A stretch of DNA of 64,000 nucleotides from Fidelibacterota bacterium (lineage in GTDB: Bacteria; Fidelibacterota; UBA8477; JABMPR01), in contig JABIFX010000081.1 in assembly GCA_018650445.1 (NCBI GenBank), forward strand, positions 23,407-87,406. Direction: 5' to 3'. Position numbers and translations under genes: made by a program. The notes under the pieces are model-generated. The model did not search any database. It had not been told where the DNA came from and saw only the letters and a program-made list of their open reading frames with translations. Positions 29,101-35,318 of the stretch are shown piece after piece (the stretch's first letter is position 1; every line of letters begins with the position of its first letter).

Positions 29101-30111
29101 TCATTTTAACTCATATTCAGATCTGTTAGGGAAAAATGCCTGCATAAATAATTTCATTTCCTCAATCACTTTAGGTGAAGTATCTGAATACTGATTTAAG
29201 CAGAAGGATGATGGTCTGTGGATGTTAATTTTTTCCAATACTAATTGAACATTCTCCAGCGACATATTGACATAAGTAAAATTGAACCTGAAAACGGTTC
29301 TGCCTAAAATGTTTAATTTCTTAGTTCTTCTGTGGATAGTTTTCAAATATTTAACTTTCGCTATACTTTTTGCAATAGCATAAAATCCGAAGAGATTATA
29401 GGGTATGATTGCGTTATTCTCCCGAAATGGGTGCTTAGATGTTTGAACAAATGCAACATTGTATTTTTCCTCTAACTCATATAAAACTGACTTCAGCATC
29501 GGTTTCACCGTATGCCGAAAATCATCATGGATATCCTTATTTAATGATTTTGATATCAAAATCCTGCTGTTTTCAATAGCATGTTGATGTTCATTATCTT
29601 GCCTGCCTTTAAGTTTAGAGCGATCTAAATGATGTTCTCTCTTCTTAGGCCACAATCTTGCTGTAAAGATATATGGCGTACCATTTTTAGTGAAAAAGTG
29701 TGTTGGTTTTGTAGATTTTCCCAAAAACATATCATCATTAAAGTAAATAAAGTGCTCCGAAAGGTCCTCTATGTGATGCAAATTTGCTTCAATTGCTCTA
29801 GCACTAAAGGTTGGTAGATGCGATTGATCTCGAAATATGGACTTATGGTCAATAATGGTAATTTTGGGATGAGAGATATCTAACCATGAGGGGACTTGAT
29901 TATCTGTTACGATGAATATTTTATTAACCCATGGCGCAAATTGATACACTGAGCGTAAAGAATATTTCAATTCATCATTATGTTGAAATCGCGCATCAGA
30001 ATTTGCGTTGGATGATACTCGGGCTCCAAGTTTTTCTGCAACAACTGTCCTTTTTCTGTTCCATTCCGAATCAGCGCCATCAACCCATGTATAGACAACA
30101 TCAATTTTCAT
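29101..30111 (-). CDS. Stealth-family hexose-1-phosphoryl transferase (capsule phosphotransferase-like)
   Basis: Stealth CR1 IDVVYTWVDGADSEW and CR2 NDELKYSLRSVYQFAPWVNKIFIVTDNQVPSWL. The gene is visibly AT-richer than its neighbours. Confidence 0.85.
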   Translation of the reverse strand: MKIDVVYTWVDGADSEWNRKRTVVAEKLGARVSSNANSDARFQHNDELKYSLRSVYQFAPWVNKIFIVTDNQVPSWLDISHPKITIIDHKSIFRDQSHLPTFSARAIEANLHHIEDLSEHFIYFNDDMFLGKSTKPTHFFTKNGTPYIFTARLWPKKREHHLDRSKLKGRQDNEHQHAIENSRILISKSLNKDIHDDFRHTVKPMLKSVLYELEEKYNVAFVQTSKHPFRENNAIIPYNLFGFYAIAKSIAKVKYLKTIHRRTKKLNILGRTVFRFNFTYVNMSLENVQLVLEKINIHRPSSFCLNQYSDTSPKVIEEMKLFMQAFFPNRSEYELK

Positions 30112-30220
30112 TACTCAGCTAAAATATCCTATGTTTGCCCCACATTTTTGTGGAGGGGCATATTGTTTGTTCGCAAGAAGTATCAAAGAGTGTTTTAACC
30201 ATTCGATATAGACTGTGAGG

Positions 30221-30269
30221 TCTCTACCAAAATCATGCTATTTGTTCTGAGCTCTTCTGACAGGATATA
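30221..30269 (+). repeat. Left copy of a 49-bp imperfect inverted repeat
   Basis: tctctaccaaaatcatgctatttgttctgagctcttctgacaggatata matches the reverse complement of 33901-33949 at 43/49 positions, including a perfect 24-nt core caaaatcatgctatttgttctgag. Confidence 0.9.
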
Positions 30270-30423
30270 TTGAATGTCGTCAAAGCATTTCGGAACTTAG
30301 TAGCTAAAAGTTAAGAGACACTTTGGAGTTGTCCAGTTCATTGTGCAAACACCTCATGGCACCAAAACTAAAGACCTTGTTTTGACTCAATGCAGAGATG
30401 ATACTCGATATTAGAACCTGATA

Positions 30424-31953
30424 TCAGCGTAGATATATCATCTTAATCACTCGCGAGGAATTCCCAGATTGTATTCTTGCGAAGTAGATACCAGTGCCTA
30501 CCTGAGTACCTTCACTATCGATACCATTCCACTGGACAGTGTATCGACCAGCGGCTTTGGATTCCGAGACAAGCGTTCTGATGTGATGCCCCTGAATGTC
30601 CGTTACCATGAGCTTTACTTCAGATGCTTCAAGAGTTTCGTACTCGATAGTTGTTGTAGGATTGAAGGGGTTTGGAAAATTATTGAGCATACTGAGGGAT
30701 TCAGCCTTCACATGATCCTGTGAGATTGATGTTACATCAGAAGTATGCCAGGATGCGGTGATCGTATATTCAACCCCATTTAATACACTGAGATCCCCGA
30801 TGTAAAGCTGACTAATGCCAGTAAACTCAACCGTAGTGGCACCTTTGACACCTATAAACCATGTTCCTGGTTCAGGATCCGATATCACAAAATAGTGATC
30901 CGAACCACCTGATGTGAGTGAAGCCTCAGCAGAACCAGAAAAAGCGTAGTCATCTGGATCGGCGAAAAGATGGATGTCATACTGCTCTCCTGCTTCAAGC
31001 TCGATAGAAATACTGCCCGCTTCTTCAGGGACTTCAAAACTGTAGTGGTGGTACTGTAGATCTCCTATCCGTGTGAATTGAGGATTAGACTCTTCATATG
31101 TCTTGTCCATTACCCGCGGTTCACCATTTACTAAAGTAGCTTTAATTTCTGGAGGAGCACATCCATCGAGGGCATAGAGTAGTAGGCTTTCCATTAACAT
31201 CAATCCTTCTCCAAGAATCTCTCCCTCAGGATGTGATCCAATGGCCAACATTCTGCCCGTAGTATCATTTTCTTTGTAGGTCCAACAGCTGGGGCGCTGA
31301 TCCACAGAGGGATGCTGGGTGTAATCATAGCGAAGCAATATTTCAGTTCCTGGGGGTAATGAATTTGATTCATCAGCATAGACACCGCCCCAGTGGAAAA
31401 TATTACTGATATACATATCATCTCCAAATGTGGAGTAATTCAGTAATGCGCTGTTTGGTGAGATGAAATGACCTGTGTATACACCAGCACCAGTAATTCC
31501 TGTACCCAGCATAACACCTGGCCAGATTATTTCGCTCAATATTGCACCGGCACATGTTCCCACATATCCACTTCCTCCAGAATAGAAAGCCTGGATTCGT
31601 TCCACCCCCGCCTCACCTAGAGCATAATAATGAGGGACAGCATCGCCGCCGTTCACATAGATGGTTCTGAATCGCGGTGCTCCATCAGGGTATAATAGCC
31701 ACCCGTTACTGTCCATATCACTTCCAATAATAACGGCGTTTTGCATATTCTGTGATTCTGAAGCAAGATACTCCCAACTCAATCCAAGAGAGTCCGCGGC
31801 AGGCAAAGTAGTCCTGGAGGTTAGACCTACACCACCATCCATGAATAAATCTTTGTAATAACCCTCCGTCTGCGCTAAGCATGAAAAACACACACTTAAC
31901 AGGGTAATCAAATACGCGAGTCTATTGGATAGAGGTCCTTTTGAGGATGTCAT
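30424..31953 (-). CDS. Secreted protein with T9SS CTD (glutamine-amidotransferase-like/BPL_N-like N-terminal region, uncertain)
   Basis: Signal peptide, SGGSGYVGTCAGAIL, and C-terminus NFPNPFNPTTTIEY...MIYLR. Confidence 0.65.
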   Translation of the reverse strand: MTSSKGPLSNRLAYLITLLSVCFSCLAQTEGYYKDLFMDGGVGLTSRTTLPAADSLGLSWEYLASESQNMQNAVIIGSDMDSNGWLLYPDGAPRFRTIYVNGGDAVPHYYALGEAGVERIQAFYSGGSGYVGTCAGAILSEIIWPGVMLGTGITGAGVYTGHFISPNSALLNYSTFGDDMYISNIFHWGGVYADESNSLPPGTEILLRYDYTQHPSVDQRPSCWTYKENDTTGRMLAIGSHPEGEILGEGLMLMESLLLYALDGCAPPEIKATLVNGEPRVMDKTYEESNPQFTRIGDLQYHHYSFEVPEEAGSISIELEAGEQYDIHLFADPDDYAFSGSAEASLTSGGSDHYFVISDPEPGTWFIGVKGATTVEFTGISQLYIGDLSVLNGVEYTITASWHTSDVTSISQDHVKAESLSMLNNFPNPFNPTTTIEYETLEASEVKLMVTDIQGHHIRTLVSESKAAGRYTVQWNGIDSEGTQVGTGIYFARIQSGNSSRVIKMIYLR

Positions 31954-31987
31954 TTTCGTCTCCCAGCAATATTCATTAGTTTCAGCA

Positions 31988-33439
31988 CTATCTCAAATAG
32001 CTCATTTTTTTTGTCAGCACTTCCCGCCCGCTTTTTAGCCCGTATATATATACGCCAGAGCTGACTTTTCTACCGTTGAGATCATCACCCTCCCATCTGA
32101 ATTCATAGGTGCCAGCATGCAGCATGCCCTTAAAAAGTGTCCGAATATGTGATCCTCTCAGATCGTAGACCTCTAGTGATAAATAATTGTTTTCATTTAT
32201 CATGACCGGGATGGTTGTTGCCGGATTGAATGGGTTTGGATAATTCTGAAGCAGCTTGATGGTGGTGGGTTCGACTATATTGTGATCCAGGCTCGTAGTT
32301 GAATAATACTCAAAGCATCCCATATCGGGGGCGAAGCCGTTAAAGTCCCCTTCAGAGAGATTTACCAGCGTGTCTCCAGAAGTTGAATCTACATAAACGG
32401 CGCTCCCTGCATCAATACAAGCCGAACTTGAATCCAATTGGTAATTACTATTTACTGCATCGACAAAAAGAGGATCAGAGGACATGATTGACTCAAAGGT
32501 ATTCAATTCATTACTATCGATAAGCATTCCATCCAAACCGCCCTCGATTGTGCAGTGTGCAATCAGCAGATCACTGGCAGCCCACCCACTTGTATGGCTC
32601 GCGATCTCACTATATTGATTTCCCCAGCAAATAGAGTTGGTCATATAAAGATTGGAATGTTCAGTGATAAGTATTCCTCCACCGTCGTAATTGGTATCAG
32701 TATAGTTGGTTACGATAGTGCTGCGGTTTATGTTAAGTGTCGCATATTCATGAACCCATACTCCTCCACCTCCATATCGGCCATCATTACCATATACCAG
32801 GAGTTGATCAGCATCCAAACTTGACTGCCTCACACTTATTCCCCCTGCTATTTCAGCTGCATAATTGCTCACAATTTTTACATTCCTAAAAGTTGGATTA
32901 GAATTCATGGCGATTGAAACACCCCCACCCCAACTAGAACTGTTTCCGATAATTTCTACATTCTCCAGTAGAGGGTGTGATTCTACAGAGATTCCAATAC
33001 CACCTCCAGCGGAACCAGTTCCCGTCGCTGTATTCCCTGAGATAATTAGATTGCGCAATGTCGGAGAAGAGTATATACGGCAAATGATACCCCCACCAAA
33101 CCGTTCTACGGTTGTGTAATCCACTCCAATTCCATTTGTAATTGTAAATCCATCTAATACTGCAGCAGGAGATTCTCCATTTACAAATTGGACAACACTA
33201 CTTACCTCATTCCCATCGATTGTCGTAGAGACTGGACCATCCATAGACATAACAACGATGTTCTTTCCGTTAAAATTTAGGTTTTCTGTGTAGGTGCCAG
33301 GTAAGACCAACACGGTGTCTCCTGTGTTCACATTATCTATTCCAGCTTGAATTGTTGCATGATCCATTGGAATCAGAGTCACTGCTGCCAAGGCACAGGT
33401 ACCGATGAGCGTCATCAAAATAATTACTACGGTTCGCAT
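31988..33439 (-). CDS. Right-handed parallel beta-helix repeat protein with T9SS CTD
   Basis: Repeated GGGI/GGGV turns (FGGGIICRI, AGGGIGISV, WGGGVSIAM, GGGGVWVHE, DGGGILITE) and C-terminus NYPNPFNPATTIPV...MSYLR. Confidence 0.75.
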   Translation of the reverse strand: MRTVVIILMTLIGTCALAAVTLIPMDHATIQAGIDNVNTGDTVLVLPGTYTENLNFNGKNIVVMSMDGPVSTTIDGNEVSSVVQFVNGESPAAVLDGFTITNGIGVDYTTVERFGGGIICRIYSSPTLRNLIISGNTATGTGSAGGGIGISVESHPLLENVEIIGNSSSWGGGVSIAMNSNPTFRNVKIVSNYAAEIAGGISVRQSSLDADQLLVYGNDGRYGGGGVWVHEYATLNINRSTIVTNYTDTNYDGGGILITEHSNLYMTNSICWGNQYSEIASHTSGWAASDLLIAHCTIEGGLDGMLIDSNELNTFESIMSSDPLFVDAVNSNYQLDSSSACIDAGSAVYVDSTSGDTLVNLSEGDFNGFAPDMGCFEYYSTTSLDHNIVEPTTIKLLQNYPNPFNPATTIPVMINENNYLSLEVYDLRGSHIRTLFKGMLHAGTYEFRWEGDDLNGRKVSSGVYIYGLKSGREVLTKKMSYLR

Positions 33440-33650
33440 GATATTTCTTTCTCATTTTTGTTTATGTGACAGTTGGAATATGACTCAGAGAGAAAAAATA
33501 AGCACCTTTACAAAACCTTTACAAATGCATTTTTCAATCTTGAAATGAAAATGGAGAACTGTTTTCGTGGATAATAATTATTGAGCAAAGCATGCAGGTA
33601 TCGAAGTGCTACCATGACATAGGTTACTCATCATTCAACATGCTAAATTT

Positions 33651-33669
33651 GAAAAACCCGCTGCGGGTT
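33651..33669 (-). terminator. Small terminator-like hairpin downstream of the OMP remnant
   Basis: AACCCG-CTG-CGGGTT. On the minus strand it is followed by TTTTTC. Confidence 0.35.
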
Positions 33670-33671
33670 AG

Positions 33672-33690
33672 ATGTGACTGGAATGTGACT
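33672..33690 (+). repeat. Direct repeat ATGTGACT x2 with 11-bp period
   Basis: ATGTGACT occurs at 33672-33679 and at 33683-33690. Confidence 0.8.
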
Positions 33691-33765
33691 AAACTGAAAG
33701 AGCCCCATTTCTGAGGCTCTTTCGACTAAAGTTTGTTTCTCAAAGCATTCAATAAGCTGATTATC

Positions 33766-33909
33766 TCAATACAATCCTACTTTGACGCCTAGGTTAAAAT
33801 ACACACCACTCATATCAGAATCTGTGTACGTGTACTCAGTACCTGCACCATCGTAGTATTCACCTTGCTGAGTGAATGTTAGTTCATCAAGGCCCGTTAC
33901 TGTATCCTG
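33766..33909 (-). pseudogene. C-terminal remnant of an outer-membrane beta-barrel-like gene
   Basis: An open frame of 47 codons with no start codon: QDTVTGLDELTFTQQGEYYDGAGTEYTYTDSDMSGVYFNLGVKVGLY*. An in-frame TGA lies immediately upstream (33910-33912), inside the inverted-repeat copy. Confidence 0.4.
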
Positions 33910-33949
33910 TCAGAGCAACTCAGAACAAATAGCATGATTTTGTAAGAGA
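33901..33949 (-). repeat. Right copy of the 49-bp inverted repeat
   Basis: Its reverse complement tctcttacaaaatcatgctatttgttctgagttgctctgacaggataca pairs with 30221-30269. Confidence 0.9.
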
Positions 33950-33975
33950 TACTTTTGGCTAGTTTGAAAGCTTGA

Positions 33976-34299
33976 AAGGAAGAAGCAAGCACTGAATTCC
34001 CTTTCAACCTTAATTACCACACCACACTTAAGATTGTGAAGAAGTATTACAAGACTGCGAATATTGAGAATGCTAATATCCATACTTTACGCAGAACATT
34101 TGGATCAATAATGGTCCAACAGGGTGTTGATATTTTCACTGTGAGCAAACTACTCGGGCACAGTTCAGTTACAGTTAGCGAAAAGCATTATGCGGATCTT
34201 CTTCCGAGTAATTTAAAGGCAGGTGTTAAGGTTCTTGAGAAAGCTCTCAGGCGAAAGCCGAAGAAGAAGCCCAAGAAGCAGAAGAAAGAGTCCAGTTAA
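33976..34299 (+). pseudogene. Tyrosine recombinase (phage-integrase family), C-terminal ~105 codons only
   Basis: NIHTLRRTFGS (HxxR) and LLGHSSVTVSEKHYADL (catalytic Tyr region). The frame opens at 33976 just after a TGA and has no ATG. The N-terminal two-thirds of a normal integrase are absent. Confidence 0.8.
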
Positions 34300-34317
34300 C
34301 CTTGGGCTCTTTTTTTT
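34287..34317 (+). terminator. Rho-independent terminator after the recombinase remnant
   Basis: AGAGTCC (34287-34293) and GGGCTCT (34304-34310) form the stem, followed by T7. Confidence 0.7.
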
Positions 34318-34401
34318 CTCAAGTTTTCATACCTATCCGTTGCCTGACGATCCTCAAACGTAGTAATATGTCCAATGTTACATGAAATATATCCAGATTA
34401 A

Positions 34402-34455
34402 GTGACCATTCCGTGACCATGCTATGCTAATTAGTGGTTAATTGTGGTCAATTGG
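34402..34455 (+). repeat. Helically phased direct repeats (GTGACCAT x2, then TAATT(A)GTGGT x2 plus CAATTGG)
   Basis: GTGACCAT occurs at 34402-34409 and 34413-34420. TAATTAGTGGT, TAATTGTGGT and CAATTGG lie between 34428 and 34455, about 10-11 bp apart. Confidence 0.75.
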
Positions 34456-34483
34456 ATACATTCCTCAAAAAATGCATCCAATG

Positions 34484-34517
34484 AAAAACCCCTCGTAACT
34501 CTTTGGATTACAAGGGG
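34484..34517 (-). terminator. Rho-independent terminator closing the G+C-rich element
   Basis: On the minus strand, CCCCUUGUAA and UUACGAGGGG form a 10-bp stem with one G-U pair, followed by UUUUUC. On the plus strand the same position is a C-A mismatch, which favours minus-strand function. Confidence 0.65.
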
Positions 34518-34523
34518 TTTAAA

Positions 34524-34796
34524 TGGTGGGCCACCCCGCATTCGCTTCGCTCTGACGGGACAAGCAGGGAGTTGCCGTTCGTTTCACTCCGGCGTCCCTA
34601 CGATTCTGCTGCTAGCAGATTCTCCGTGGTGAACCCCTGTTCGGGGTGCAAGTTCAGTGGGTCCAGGTTGGAAACTGGCTTTGGGGAATGAAACACAGGG
34701 AGTTGGCTGCGAGCTTCGCTCTCGCCTCTTCTCGTCACTTGCCGCTGGCAACTGACTGCGTAGTGAACCCCTTCGGGGTGAAAGTCTGGGGTGCCC
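34524..34796 (-). ncRNA. Unassigned G+C-rich structured element (candidate ncRNA, strand tentative)
   Basis: 57-58% G+C in the two 60-nt lines I counted, against 37% for 34381-34440. The ends pair: GGGCACCCC with GGGGUG(G)CCC. The interior is a tandem duplication with a ~131-134 nt period and covarying hairpins. Terminators flank both sides, and there is no credible ORF. Confidence 0.4.
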
Positions 34797-34800
34797 ATAC

Positions 34801-34835
34801 AAAAGAAAAAGCCGCCGAATGGCGACTTTTCTTTT
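34801..34835 (-). terminator. Terminator immediately 3' of tRNA-Met
   Basis: On the minus strand, GUCGCC-AUUC-GGCGGC (one G-U pair) is followed by UUUUUCUUUU. On plus the stem has a C-A mismatch. Confidence 0.6.
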
Positions 34836-34836
34836 G

Positions 34837-34910
34837 TGGGCCCACAGGGACTTGAACCCCGAACCGACGGATTATGAGTCCGGCGCTCTAACCAATTGAG
34901 CTATGGGCCC
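34837..34910 (-). tRNA. tRNA with CAT anticodon (elongator tRNA-Met, or tRNA-Ile2 if lysidinylated); CCA not encoded
   Basis: I folded a cloverleaf by hand. Acceptor GGGCCCA/TGGGCCC, D-arm GCTCAATTGGTTAGAGC, anticodon stem CCGGA/TCCGT with loop CTCATAA, and T-arm CGGGG-TTCAAGT-CCCTG. The discriminator is A followed by CAA, not CCA. It is not initiator-like, because pair 1-72 is intact and the anticodon stem lacks three G-C pairs. Confidence 0.9.
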
Positions 34911-35035
34911 GATAGTGAATTGGGAACAGGTGATTTCATTACTCACAAAGCTCCCAAAGAGCCAATTAAAATAGTCGAGGGGTCATGCATGTGCAAAGGG
35001 ATTGTATTTCCAAACCCGAGACAAACCCCCATAAT

Positions 35036-35069
35036 ACAAAAAGTCCCTTGTTCTGCCGAATAAGGGACT
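35036..35069 (-). terminator. Rho-independent terminator downstream of dnaG
   Basis: AGTCCCTT (35042-35049) and AAGGGACT (35062-35069) form the stem. On the minus strand it is followed by TTTTTG. Confidence 0.6.
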
Positions 35070-35318
35070 TCTCGCTGTCATTTTTCCGATGATATTTTAG
35101 GCTAAAACCAAAAGCGTGTCAAGCTTGAGGTGAATATATTTTAAATTATTTTATACCTTGTATATACATGTATATAATGAATATAAGTCCCTATAGTGCT
35201 GTAAATATGACCAGCCATCACTAGCTAATATCCAATCAATCCAGGTTTCCTCCCATGAGGCGTGGATTAAATCACATTAATAGTGAAAATAGAGGGTGGA
35301 AGAGCCGCAATGATACGA

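Noticed and set aside
30231-30269. A 12-codon mini-ORF, MLFVLS(S/C)SDRI(Y/Q)*, present in both copies of the inverted repeat.
   Set aside because: It is conserved only because the repeat is conserved. It is too short, has no RBS, and its hydrophobic start is far too short for a signal peptide.
34524-34796. The G+C-rich element might be tmRNA (paired 5'/3' ends, ...CCCACCA 3' end, terminator) or RNase P RNA (plus-strand GGGGTGAAAGTCTGGGG resembles GAGGAAAGUCCGGG).
   Set aside because: There is no GGUUCGAAUCC-type T-arm before the 3' strand. Position 3:70 would be G-C, not the G-U required for alanylation. No tag reading frame ends in ...LAA-stop; the only candidate ends AAES. For RNase P, the AAAGUC-like motif sits about 10 nt from the 3' end on plus, and the ACAGAAxCCGGCUUA motif is absent on both strands.
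34444-34855. Five short ORFs (62-72 aa) on both strands over the G+C-rich element.
   Set aside because: They are mutually overlapping, Arg/Ser/Pro/Gly-rich translations of a structured G+C-rich segment. One runs into the tRNA gene.
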